Source: Glycera tridactyla
Lineage: Eukaryota
Direction: 5' to 3'
NCBI GenBank assembly: GCA_965644265.1
Contig: OZ286463.1
Span: 105,214,001-105,278,000, forward strand
DNA: 64,000 bases
Shown here: one piece after another, positions 1 to 64,000 of the stretch
Position numbering within the stretch: the stretch's first letter is position 1
How the letters are laid out: each line of letters begins with the position of its first letter
The notes under the pieces: model-generated
Seen by the model: only the letters and a program-made list of their open reading frames with translations
The model's database searches: none
Told to the model about the DNA's origin: nothing
Position numbers and translations under genes: made by a program

Positions 1-2286
1 ATATCAAGCAATAAATATACCATTGAGCACAGGCTGAACATTCTCACTCCTGGTTGAGTTATGCACTAGGGGACTTATTTACTGGTAGTGAGGACTGGAA
101 GACTGTTCAGTCCTCCGAAGCACTGACATTATATAAATGTGATCGGGGTTTCTGTAGGAATGAGTGACCAATGCTCAGTGGGACCAGACTGAAATGTCAA
201 TGACATGGACCGGTGCAGTATAGGCAGTTGTAATATGTAAAGTTCGAACATTTTTCTTTATTAGAAACTTTATCATGATTCGTCATGAACAATCGAACGA
301 TGTAAGAGGGTTAATTTCAAGTATGGCGAGAGAACAATACAAAACAAGATGAATATGACTATATAGAGTGATACGAGATGATTGAGATGTGGTATGAAAT
401 GAACATGGTATCGGATGGGATTGAAACTCTCGGACGGAATGTGTTGATATCTGCGGCGACTAGGGATGTGATCATTGTGAAGTTCACTTGTTGAGCCTAC
501 CACATGTGTCAATATCTGTTGAAGATGGGCCATGAACTGAGAATGGTGACGAAAAAAGGCACCGCTGTCAGGGACAATCCTCTACTCTTTGCGAAATGTC
601 GTCGTCCCACCGTCGTGACTTCTCATTGTCATGTTTTACCCCAGTACGCCTTATATGTCGATTTCATACTGTTTTGGTGCGGCGGCTGTATCGCCAGCTA
701 TTGTTATGTCCACACGAGAATATGAGGAAACTCCAAGGCAACTGAATAGTGATTGCTTTCCCCTTTTTCCCGTCGGTAAACATCAGATCGGTCAGAAAAC
801 ACACATCCAGATCCAATATCTTTCACCTGTGATGGAAGGATTGTGCGCAAATCAATCTCAACTGAGATTGGATTTGCACCTGGGTGGCTCAATTTATTCA
901 CCTGTTCTCCTGTAAATCACGAGCTAAAAATAGTTATTGGTCAAATTACCCTCCCTAACATTAGATATGCCTGTTGGTGCTAGTAGGGTGGGCCTTGGCA
1001 TGGGCCCTGTCTACTTTGAGGTCATATAAGTTAGATGACAGCTTGAGGCAAAGAGAAAGAGTCATGATCTCAATGGTTGTGATGAGAAAAGTGAGAGCGA
1101 GATCTCCACTGGACCTAGTATTTATGCGCGGTTCATCTCGCCCATGCTGCCGGGAAATGAAACCCAGAACTAAATTAGTAGGTATCATAAGCTAACTGTA
1201 AAATCTAGTTGGGTATTTCAGTGAAATGGAGACGGTTACTTGGATGTTAACGGACTGACACACCTGTATCTCCAGCTGAAAAAACTGAACAGGTAGGAGG
1301 GAGCTAATCTGGCGGGAAGAATATCTGACACTGATAGGTCACGTAGTTGCTGACTGGTCATTGGCCAAGTTGAAGCGTCATGCAATAGACAAGATCAGGT
1401 TTCCCATATAATGTATTGAGCATCCGGGGATGGGGATCATCACATATCATCTGTTTCCGACACGAGAGACGAGCGACCGATCTGATGACACGACTTGAAA
1501 GTTGTTTGCTTGATTTTCGTCTCGTCAGCAAAACCACAGACGTAGTTCCAATAACAATTGGGGGCTGATGGTTTGAGACCTCTCTATAAAGACCACCTCT
1601 CTGTGAAGGCTATTCAGAGCTGCGACGGTGGTATTATTCTCAGCAGTTGATGACCTCTACATAAAGACTGCTTCCTGGTAAAGGCCACTTTTATATGCGA
1701 CCGAAGGCGGTCTTCATACACAGGTTCTTGGTAAAAAGTGAAGGTGGATAGATGAATTCAATTCATCATTTGACGTGACGTCATTTTGTTCGTAATTGGC
1801 AATAATGGACGCAACATTGCCTCCCGTAATTGGCTAGGATATGCATGTGATCAAGTACATTCGATCAGAGGTTCAAATGAATCATAATGACCAAGTCGTA
1901 CCTCGGCGATTAGAAGAAACATGACATTTTGACAGAAAACAAAACTAGAGGGAAAAACACATAGTCTACGTATGGATTGAATCGCACTCAGTCTAGATGC
2001 TAGGATAAGAGAATAAGAGAATGAGAGAATAAGAGAATAATACTTACTATCCATTGAACGAGAAAGACAATTTAGGAGCTCTGCTACTCTTGTGGTCATT
2101 CGACGTACATTTGATATACAGTGCTAGGGGAAAAAAGATTCTGAGATGCAAGTATGTATGAGGATAAGTGAAATAAATCATGGACAAGCCAAATTTGAAG
2201 AAAGAAAATCATTAGTCATCAATCAGAGAAATCATGGAAGAATCATGGAAGAGTCGAGCCACAGTCTGTATTCTAGGAAGCTGGTA

Positions 2287-2462
2287 CAGTAGAGCCTGTA
2301 TTCAGCAACCACTCTCGGGAAGCCAAAAAGTGATTGCTTAAAACAGGTGGTTGTTCAATACAGGAGAATTATAGTGAAAAATACTCTGGCGGGAAACTAG
2401 AAAGTGGCTGTTTAAGACAGGTGGTTGCTGAATACAATGGTTGCTTCATACAGGTTCTACTG
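2287..2462. mobile_element. Tc1/mariner-type MITE, 176 bp, TA target duplication
   Basis: TA|CAGTAGAGCCTGTATTCAGCAACC ... GGTTGCTTCATACAGGTTCTACTG|TA; 24-bp TIR with 3 mismatches. Confidence 0.85.
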
Positions 2463-4536
2463 TAGTTCGTGCCCTAGTCTATCACATCTGTAAGCGGCAA
2501 ACATCCATATGGTAATTCCTCACAATCTTATGCAATGAGAGATTGTTCTGGTGTGAAACTCATTAACTGAACACCGCATAGAGAATGAAAACTGCTCGAC
2601 GGATTAGAACAAATTAAACCGGATGGTGGTGATGTAAAACTGCCACCCATGGGATCTGAAAAAATACGCCCAATCAGCCATGTCTGATGATTAGACATGA
2701 AATCCATCAGCTTTGAGGTGCCATTCATCTTGACAAGGCATTGTCCCAGATAGCAAGAAGTCTACACGCTCTCCAGAACCGTGTATCGGAATAAACGGAC
2801 CATTGGTGGTTTTCATATCTCGTTGGGGAGCAATGAGGAGATGTCAATGCATGCCCATTGCATGGGTGTCTCCATATAGCCCAGATCGTGCTTACAAAAC
2901 GTGAAACAACTGACCGTTCATCCAACCAACAGATTAATTAAATATCATCTCACCTTCCGCTAGTTACTCAGAAAGAGTAATTTTAAATAATATCACTCAT
3001 GCCTATCCCAACATGACATTGAATTATCAAGAAAAAATGGGAGATTTGCAGATCAGACCCTTTTCAAATATTGAACTTCGTATCATTTCCCCTTCCAATT
3101 TATATGATAATGAGGCATCTTTAACAAGTCGACTGATTTCTACTGAATAGGATGATAATATTCACGTATTTAAAATGTGTATAATTCACTACCAAGGCTT
3201 AAAGTTTCATGCGATTTTGCCTTCAATTAAATATCAAAAGGAAGCAGTCTGGAATCATCCCACCCGCGATCATCGCGCGCACGTCCTGATATAGCCCAGG
3301 TGGTACTCGACATGATCAACCAGCCAACTAAACAGGCGATCGGTCTGTACCATATCTCCATTAAGATTCCCAGGCCGATATCAGAGCTTTGGCCAAAGTG
3401 CAGGGTGTGCAGTGCATTTCAGCGGCCACGAATAGCGATTGGTGAGGGGAGGGGGGGGGGGGGAGAAGCTGTATTGTGTAGTAGCCTCCGATAGATGGAT
3501 GTCGTCTTGATTTGTCACAGTCTAACTGGTGCTGCATTCTGGGATGTACTTTGGAATGACCCTTGTAGTCAGCGACTTTCATATCTAGTGTTCTGATGTA
3601 GCCTGCCCCTAATCACGAATCCCGTTAGTCTGCAGTGAAGGCTGAATTGGCCCTTGCAGCCAATTTGGGTACGCACTTAATCCCATCTGCCCGGAAATTT
3701 TGATATTTGAGAGCAGATCGCCTAACTACCGATCCCAGAATCAAATGTACAAACATCGAGAATGGGATGGAGTGGGGGTTGGGGAGTGGATGAGGATCAA
3801 TATTCAACCATTCAACCACTATAGAAGTCATCTGAGCATGGGAACAGCAAGCTATTTCGATAGTAATCTACATTGCTACTAAATGCATTAATACCTCCCA
3901 GATCTTATGAGTGACTATCATCTGATATTCCGCCGAGGTTTAGCCTCAGAGGTGCTCGCAAGTTACACAGACTCCTCAACATTTCAATGATTGAACGTGC
4001 TCAATTTCCAGAGGGATATTTGCAATGTGTACACTGTATATGTTTGTGACACGAAGTGTTTATCGGCATTGCCCCTCGACAGTAAGAGAGTAATGATTGC
4101 GTCCATCTGAAGGCTGTCTGTCACTCTCTACATCTCCACATATCAAGGGAAGTAGGCCACTATCATCTGACTGCGTCCGCCAGGGGCTAGTTAAGATTAG
4201 GACTAATCCCCGTCTGAATAACGGCTAAGTGTTCGGCCTGCGATGGTAATCAGCCAGCTTATGCCAAGATGTGGGCACAGTCTAAGTGTCCTGAATCTCT
4301 CGCCCCCTACCCATGCCTATGAACCTATTGAAAGTGCCCGAATGACCAGATGAAGATAATTGAACATGTGTCTTGTCCTGTGGCTGTGTTGTAGGGAGAA
4401 AGGGCAGGACTGTATGTACATGGTCATGAAAACTATAGACCCCTCTTCACCCTCGTCACCACCATCGTCAGATGTCAGACCCTTAGGCGGGCAGTGAACG
4501 CTGAACGCTTGTCGGGGCTTCTCAATGCCATGTTCC

Positions 4537-4537
<1 letters not shown>

Positions 4538-4616
<79 letters not shown>
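4538..4616. repeat. (GA)n microsatellite
   Basis: Long perfect GA run. Confidence 0.97.
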
Positions 4617-4618
<2 letters not shown>

Positions 4619-4979
4619 TAGAGGGGGGGGGGTAGATGCGCGGGGTGGGTGGGATTAGATGCGCGGGGTGGGTGATGTCCAGTAGATGACGGCTATTACA
4701 GCATGCCCCATCTGACACCCTGGTCTTACACGCTTCACTGAATAAAGACAATGCATGGACGGCATGCGTAACTTCACGCCTCTGAGTACACGGTGGATTG
4801 TGCGCGACTTCGTGGGCACTGACATGTTGGATTTCTGCCATCTGCGGACTCAAACATGGATCGTCAAGCTTTGAACCATGGCTTCCACACCTTCACAAAT
4901 TTCCTTTGAACTTAGAGAGGAGTCGCCGAGCTCTGAGCCGCAGTTGTCACATCCTCATCTGTGATTTCGATGAAAGCAT

Positions 4980-5935
4980 AAATTCAAATTCAAATTCAAA
5001 ATGTCTTTATTACCTACCGCATTACATTGACAGCAATATTGGTAACTACATTGTAATAAAGATATCTACATAGAACAAACACTCAGGACAAAAATACACA
5101 AAATACACAAGATGAAACATAGGATTGTGGCATGTTATCGACTGACACTTTGCGGGCTACACATAATGCTACAAATTTTCTCTAATTTATTTGAGCCATT
5201 TTGTTTCTCTACGCTGCAACGATCCTCCTACTAAACCCTAATGCACATAATCTACCAACCGCCCTACAAATCGCTCCCTCCGCTGTCATTAGGAAAAAGA
5301 AAGTGTGTTCACGTTTCATACTATGAATATTAGGGCATACCAATGCAACCTGCGCCATCATTTCTTGTCTCTATTTCATGAACAGAGGACATACTCTTAA
5401 GAAATGCATCTCATCTTCAACCTCTTGTGTCCCGTTTTCCGTACATGATTGACACACACGCTCCCCTCGTGGTAAAACTGGCCTTTCGTATCTGCCTCGC
5501 TCAATCATTAGGCAATGGCTACTAATTCTGAGGCTGGTGAGAGCTCGTCTTTGCTTGGCGCATCTGATATCATCCAGGTATGGTTCATATTCTAGTGACT
5601 GTTTAAACTTTCTGTATGTACTCAGTTTGCCCTCATTTTCCCCCGCCCTCTCATTCAGCTTCCTTGTCCAGAAGCATCTATACCTATCAATCAAGCCTGT
5701 CTTGAGCTCATCAGGATCATACTCCATAATGTCTCCACTATCATCTGCATTGACTAGTTTCATCACTTTTTCGATGAAGACTCTATAGCCTGATGTATAC
5801 ACAGCCCCTCCATCCATATATTCACCCTGAGCTGCTCTCAATAATCTACTACCAGTTGGGTTTGCAATCAAGTGACGCCAGTATTTCACCACACTCATGA
5901 TGATGCTGATGACAACTGGCAGTCTCCCCACTTAC
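4980..5935 (-). mobile_element. 5'-truncated LINE 3' end (RTE-X-like ORF2 C-terminus with CCHC motif)
   Basis: ORF 5371..5931 has KLSTYRKFK..EPYL..RRALTSLRISSHCLMIERGRY..CQSC..EDEMHFLRVCP; followed by AATAAA (5006-5011) and a (TTTGAA)n tail; clade assignment is from recall. Confidence 0.8.
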
Positions 5936-6353
5936 CCCTCACAGCAATGTTGCTTGCCTTGGAGTGAACCCCTAATGTAAATTTCAGGAATTTCATGTGC
6001 ATATGAAGCTCAGAGTTGAATAGTTAGCGAGTCCAGCTGCTGCTCGCACTGCCGGGGGAATCTCCATCTCGGCTCAACCTTGTCCCACTATTTTCTGTTT
6101 ACCTCCGTCAATTTTAAATATTTCAAATCACTTTTTCACGAACGTCTTCACTACACTATCTATGAGCAATAATGTATGCAATCTTGCGCGAGAGGCATGG
6201 ATGACAGGCGTGAAAGATGATCGTCGGTGAGGAAGCGAGCCGAGAATAGGCGTGAACATCGCACAAGAGTTCCAAGCGGCGGTATTCCTTTGACACCTGC
6301 TAAGCAACCCGTCGTCACTCCAATAGCGGCTACGGCTTTAAAATTTGAACAGG

Positions 6354-6542
6354 AGGATGGATGGATTGGTGACTGGAAGGATGGATGGATGGATGGATGG
6401 ATGGGTGACTAGATGGATGGGTAGATGGATGGATGGAGAGACGGACAGATGGATGGGTGACTAGATGGATGGATGGATGACTAGATGGATGGATGGATGG
6501 AGAGACGGACAGATGGATGGGTGACTAGATGGATGGATGGAT
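6354..6542. repeat. (GGAT)n microsatellite with duplicated higher-order block
   Basis: ggatggatggagagacggacagatggatgggtgactagatgg occurs twice. Confidence 0.9.
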
Positions 6543-7317
6543 TTCACTGACGGTTGCTCCAACTGACACTATGTCTCCCGAATTATGTAGCCAATCATGC
6601 GTGACTCTGAAGAGAATCCGTCGCCAGCTGACGAGCAAACGTTCAAGCCCCTTCTGGTCTTAAGACTAGGTGGCGTTTGTTCCCTTCTTATGCCCATGAA
6701 TTCCGGCATTTCTTCACATAGCATCTCGAGACACCCTTATGAAGCGCAAGATAATGAAGAAATCAACTCCATTTTCACATATTATAAGTTTCCTTGCCAG
6801 CAGTTTCAGTATCTGTTAAAAAGCATTTTCATTAAAAATGTCGCCAAGACCCTTCCAATCGCCAGGGGACGGGCAATCTTCCTGTACGGTTCTGAGCGAA
6901 AGATAAAATGTGAGTCACACTCACCCAAACTGCCATCTCATCCCCTACAATGACACGCGATGTTAAGCTCAGTTTGACTATGAGAAAAGTTAATGACACC
7001 ATTTCCCAACAAACATACGTCTTCATCCTGATGGCTCATTTCTCAAGGGGGGGGGGGGCAGCTTTGCGAATAGATGAGGTAAAGATGTTGTCTTGGCAGA
7101 GCATGCATCTGAATCAGGAGGTGGCCGGACACGCGGCGACGGTCGGATATCCTCGCGGACGTACAGACAAACCACCTGCGTCATTACCCTGTCTCCCTGC
7201 ACGCGAGTCACCCAAATAATCTCCGCTAATAGCAGCTGTTTGTTCTCGAGTTCACCAGATGAATGTAGATTATGATGGATGTCAGTTGGTTGATTTGTTG
7301 TCTTACGTCTCCCGAGC

Positions 7318-7520
7318 ACCGTCGGTGATATATTGAGACGCCCATACATATAAACATCCAAGTTTTCATTTCTTTATGGAAGCTACCGATCACCGTCTTG
7401 GACATATTGAGACGCTCATACATAGACACCCAAGTTTTCATCACTTTATGGGCAGGTACCGCGAACCGTCTATGATATATTGAGACACCCATACATAGAC
7501 ACCCAGGTTTTCATGTCTTT
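7318..7520. repeat. Minisatellite, about 74-bp unit, 3 copies
   Basis: attgagac anchors at 7332, 7406, 7479. Confidence 0.85.
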
Positions 7521-10506
7521 GTTGATATCGGTAGTTCCATAAAATGAGGACTGATCAAATGATTTTATCAACGATGGAATGCACCCGAGTTGTTGACCAT
7601 ATATATATATATACTGACGGCTGAATATTCTCATGGGGCATCCTTACTGTTATGAACGAGAGGCCAGGGCGTGGATGACAGAATTCACCCTTCCAGTGTT
7701 TCTTTTATCGAACATTCAAGAAGGTTCTACCGTGTAATAAAGATAAGAAAAGTTATTCGTTTCTGCTTGGAACGTCTGCCATGACTGCCGGCAAAATATA
7801 AACTTCTGTTGTTGTTCAGGGAGTAGTAAGTCAAAATGGTCATCTCGTCTGGCTACCCGGCACTGCGAGGCCGAAATTGATCAACAATGCCTTGAAATCA
7901 TTCGCCGTGATTAGTGCAACGATAGGACAGAACAGTGATGGCAATAATGATTCCCATCTTGTGAGCTGGATATGATGAGCAACACACTTGTCCGCTCAGT
8001 ACAATCAGGGGTCATAATGCGCACAAGCACGATATCGTATGGAGCGACATCTGCCGCATTGTTTGCACATGATAGTATTCAAGTTGAACACCAGGGCAGT
8101 ATCACAGGCTCTCAATATTTATGAGGAAAGCTTTCCGTGATCTCAGTTTCAGCGTACTCGATACCAACAGATTCTGCCAACAAGCTTTGCGTCAACACTG
8201 CCAGTGGAAAATGAACGTCTTGCCAATAGCTCGGGCAATAAACCCATCGAGCAAGGGGCGGGCACTATTTGTCGATTGATTGTTTGATTGAAGTTTGATG
8301 ACATTTATGAGCCCGAAAGATTATGTATGCATTTTATCAATGGTATATCGATGTTTGATGCCCTGCCCCTGCAAGCATCACTCCCATGAACCCTGAACGC
8401 GAGAGTAGGGGATAAAGAAAGGTCGCCAAGTGAAAGTAGCGGAGACTTCAAACACACCTGCGCATACTCCATAACACAAACCATAAAATATATAGTATAC
8501 ATCTTTATTCAACATTCAATACAATCGGTGAACATAACAGTAAATATAAGTCACTCTCAATGGGGCAGGCACCTTGAGCTAATACCCAGTAATCAAATTT
8601 AATTCGATGAATGACGTACGGAAGTTGGTTGATTTATTGATTCCGACATTAATTATAAATTGTAGACTTTTGAAAATTGGCCTGTCTGCCCTCTAAGCGT
8701 AAATCCCTGAAAACAAGATAACTAGAAACCAAACAGCATCAAGTGGAGGTGACTGACTGTTCAGACACATCTCCCTACGTCTGAATAAACCGACATATTT
8801 TGAATCTAACTAGATGACTTGCTGGAAGCTGAAAGTGTTCATGTCAAGCAATACATGATACTATAAACAAGGAAATGCATAAGATGAACAGAATACTAGA
8901 GTGATCGATGTGTTCAATTACCAATTGGCAACTTCAAAACAGCTTCATAATGATACCTACTCTACACCGGCGATACAAAGTTATCATATTCCCTAGAACT
9001 CCTGCGTGAAACCATGGGAGGACAGATAATATAGGTTTGGTACATGCATCGTGCAAAGTGACGCGATTGCTACAGAAAAAACCATCAACTCCTTGCATGA
9101 GAGACAATTTCACAGAATATTCGACGGAAGACGAGTATAGAGGGGATGGATATACATGATGAAGATTTATGTAAATGTATGATGAATTTAACGTTGATGA
9201 GGTGGTGTGAGTGTATTGTTCATGAACATAAAAATGAAAGGATGTTTTCTGGAATAAGATCAGCAATCTGCAGGAGAGTATTCACCATCTTATTGATTAT
9301 ATACATAATTTTTTCTATATACAATGGTGGGAACGAAATCATGACGTAATAAAAAACAATATACATTTCCTTCCCAAGATGCCGTGCCTTGAAGGAGTCA
9401 CCCCTACCCCTACTCACCAGAACTGATCCGACCCCAGAATGGAGGTGAGTTCTCCTGTATCTGCACAGATCTATTAAAGGCTGCGCGGTGACTCCCATTT
9501 ATCTGTCTATATTCACTAAATACATCACAGATCACATCTGCTTCGATTACATTTCTATATGGATCATCTCGTGACAGGATATTACATGATTATTACAACA
9601 ACATAGTTCACCTGTCTCTCACCATAGTCTCAGGTATAAAATGCGCGGACCTGCACGCCTATATACATTGAGTCAATAGCCGGTTCTGTTAAATGTATAT
9701 GAGACTATTCTACCCGTCTTACAGTTGGTGGTGATGTCCTCATCACGGGAAACCAGTCATATATCATATCTACGGAGGTCACAGAATATCATAAGCGAAC
9801 GTGACACAAATACTGGAGAGAGGATTATTCGACAATAAAAGAATTCTTTATAAAACACTCGGCGGGTGATATTTCCTCCTCGAAACATTGCTAATGATTG
9901 TTTCCACAATTTCCCAAGAAAGATGCCTGAAAATCGAGATCTGTGCCTGACGAGGAGAGGATATTCACACTACAAGATATGCGATCAATGATCTCGCGCA
10001 AGTGATTCAGGCTGAAACTATATCTATAGCGGCTGGTTTTTAATTGAAGCTATTTTGAGGCAACCCCAGACAACAGTTGCTATCTTTTTTATCAAATCAC
10101 AGCATACTGAACAAGGAAAAGCACGGGGTCCGGAAGATACTCAACCGATGCGTTCAATTATAAACTGTCAACTGCAAACCAGCTTTACAATCATGGATGC
10201 CCCATGCTCGCAGTACAATGCTATTACACAACCTAGTCGCAGGCATAGTAACCCATAATCGGTGTGGCTGGTACCCGCTTTTTGCATAGCGACAATATAC
10301 ACATTCGTTGCATTACAGCAAGTGCAATACACAAAGAAGCAGGTGATCAGTGGCGACATATGAATTGTTCAGTCTCAAGTTCCTGGGTGTATGGGAAAGG
10401 GGTTTTGAATTACCGAAAAACAGGTTGTTGACAAGAACTATTTACAGGCTGTTATTTACAATCCACATACCAATCAACTCAGTGCTGCAGCCTCGAGGTG
10501 GGACCA

Positions 10507-10512
10507 TTTATT
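10507..10512 (-). terminator. Candidate polyadenylation signal AATAAA for terminal exon C
   Basis: First tttatt I found downstream of exon C (about 1.8 kb); motif match only. Confidence 0.25.
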
Positions 10513-12284
10513 TATATATCACAGTAACATCATCCAATGGGGTGAAGGCATAAATGCACTAGATGCTCACATCACAGTCTCCTGCCTTTGGTAGCATGCC
10601 TTCCTATCTCATTAACATCAACCATGAACGCATCATGCGCTCGATAATTCACACAATAGGTTTTGCTTTTGACGTGACTCTGTCAATATGTATGGATTTC
10701 GGTTCATCTCTGATAGTCTGTGTGACCCTAATGGATTTTTATTCTCTTGAAGTAATGTGTCATGGCAGTGGAAGATCGGCGTTATTTCTCCCGATACGAA
10801 CCGAGTTGGGACTTCACTGCCAGGGATCTCTCACTGCCATGGCTTCTTGTTTTCATCCCAAGACGACTTTCGTTATTTAGATTAAGTTTTGGTCATTGCT
10901 GTGTACTTCTATAAGGGAGTTCATCATAGACTTCGTTTCTGAATCGTTTGTTCTCTTTGTGAGGTGATACAAAACTCCACAGATCATAACTTTTGATCAA
11001 CATTTCACCGATTCTTCATCAGATAGCGCTCAACCAACAAGTGATTTCAGAGACAAACGGCATTTCTCCATTCATCATGTTATCCACACATTCATATCCG
11101 ATTTCTTTCGAAGGATGAGCGAGCGAAAACACTGCAGTTGTGTCTAACTGATTTGCATAGAGGCCGCGCTCTGAGATCAAAGACATTCCCGCACAGGGTG
11201 TCTCCCACTGACTTTGACAGCTGTCTTGGGTGATTAGGCACCAAGGCATGGCTGGGGACAAACTATACATCAGTTAGGGAAATTGACTCATCAGGCACTA
11301 CATGGTGCGGGAAATGTATTATGAAAGTTGTATGAAATAATATCCGCATTCAATATATGTTGCACCGTGAAAGAGGATTCTCAAGTCACCGATTTTCAAG
11401 ATGGGAATCAGGGTTAATTATCGGTGTCATCTCAAAGATAACTGAGAGAGGGGTTGACAATCCATCTCCTAGACTAGAATGTCGTATCATCTTGCTATAC
11501 AACTAAAGGCAATATGGTCTACCCACTTCATGCATTGGAAGATGTGAACCGCCCCCCCCCCCCCGGCTAGACAATCATTCCTACAAAAGTCCTGAAGTAT
11601 AGAAGAAAACAGATCACAGATGTTCGCCCTAAATAATATAGTACAATCAAGTATACAGCTCTAATTGATATAAAATGGTTTATCTACATGCTTGATACAT
11701 AAATCGATATATACATATACAATATTTAGATAGAGGAAATGTACTTCATATCACAACATTCATCACGATACTTTACACGGGATTTGTATTCTTCCTACGC
11801 GCTCTAAATGCAGATCAACCGTTCACGAGGGGTGGGGTCAACATTGAAAGTGGAACACCATCCATACCTAACACATCATATAAATCATTCTATTGTCAAG
11901 TGTATCAGCAAGCATTCGCGAAGTGTAAATTTCAACCTTCACATCACATGAAATCTCCAAATGTAATTGCATCTTTGCATTAAGGCATACAATCATACAA
12001 GGATGCAATTCACATATGGCGATCCTGCTATGGTTAGGTACACTGACACTCCGTAGGTTCCAACAAGGCACATAGTTACTAGCTTGGAGGGAGTTTGTAC
12101 ACACAGCCAAAATCAAAAACACTTATTTATATCAAGATCGGGATGTGATATTGGTTTCACTCCGGATACTGCAAACCTGAAGTGCACCTCAATATGACTG
12201 TATTTTGATTTGTAATTTGACCCTAAATCACAGTATCACGCACCTCCTATAATGTACGGTGAAGTCAGGTAGCTGATCACAGAA

Positions 12285-63346
<51,062 letters not shown>

Positions 63347-64000
63347 CTGTAAGAATTGAGAAGACAATTATTTTCCTATCAAAACAGGAGAACAGAAATG
63401 GATTCCTTCTGATATTTAGATGTGATTCAAACAATTGAGTGAATGTACCTCGCCCAGCTGGCAAATTTACCCAGCGACTTTCAATTCATCGCAACTATTG
63501 ATGCATTTTCATCAAGCTCTCCGTGCTGGCAATTATTAGTAGAAACAGACATATTTCAATGAATCAATGATTATGATGGGAAGTTCAAAACAAGAAGCTG
63601 CACAGCACAGAGTCATACGATTGGTACATCACTCTAACTGAGTACAACTCATTATTCTGGACATTCAATGTCAGAATGTGATATTGAGAAAACATCACCG
63701 ATACTCTATCCTACCGGTTGTGCGACATCCTTTTCTGTGTGAGGGGTGAAAAACGGAAAAACCCTGCTGCTATAAGGATATGAAACCGATTTTGAAAAGC
63801 ATTCAAGCATAATGGTGAGTGCAAATGATGGTGATGGCCAAAAATATGATGCTATCGATACAACGTAAAAACTGATTGAGGAGGTCAGAACTGTCTTGTT
63901 ATTATCAGCACTGGGCGTATAACTGGGCGGCTTTACACAGATTAACTCTTGTCTCCAATGGTGCATACGTTGAACATTTAAAGACACACAGAGATGATAA

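Noticed and set aside
4317-4853. 178-aa ORF with an LSLSLS run
   Set aside because: Open only because it crosses the (GA)n microsatellite; no domain or splice support.
7560-8290. Coding-like composition downstream of the gene
   Set aside because: The frames I translated by hand were broken by stops, with no recognisable family.
9394-9495. Nested short inverted repeats (ggagtcacc/ggtgactcc, actcacc/ggtgagt) with donor-like motifs on both strands
   Set aside because: Arms are only 7-9 bp, no TSD, and no partner exons found.

Overview
Eukaryotic, intron-rich genomic DNA with two N gaps, probably from an invertebrate deuterostome (inference from repeat types and the gene; not provable here). 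About 51 kb (12285-63346, minus strand) is one 5'-partial otoferlin-like type II ferlin gene. I rebuilt it by hand from splice sites and reading phase: FerI, C2C, FerA/FerB, C2D, a further C2, a long insert, C2E, C2F and a tail-anchor TM, with no DysF domain. With all modelled exons included, the coding length in the window is 8025 nt (about 2670 aa) and stays in frame to the stop. The gene has three unusual modules. (1) Three tandem alternative terminal exons encode different transmembrane/luminal tails. (2) Two very large paralogous phase-1/phase-1 exons (1104 and 1377 nt) plus a 602-nt exon insert about 1000 low-complexity residues carrying about 17 copies of a [GD]DGxS[MIL]Rx[ML]F motif. 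(3) A run of up to seven candidate micro-exons (15-36 nt) includes one needed to restore the frame and one with a GC donor. Introns and the 3' flank hold a 3-kb Helentron-associated/'pearl'-like element with 147-bp and 194-bp arrays, LINE 3' fragments, MITEs, a foldback palindrome and microsatellites. No RNA genes or CRISPR arrays were seen.
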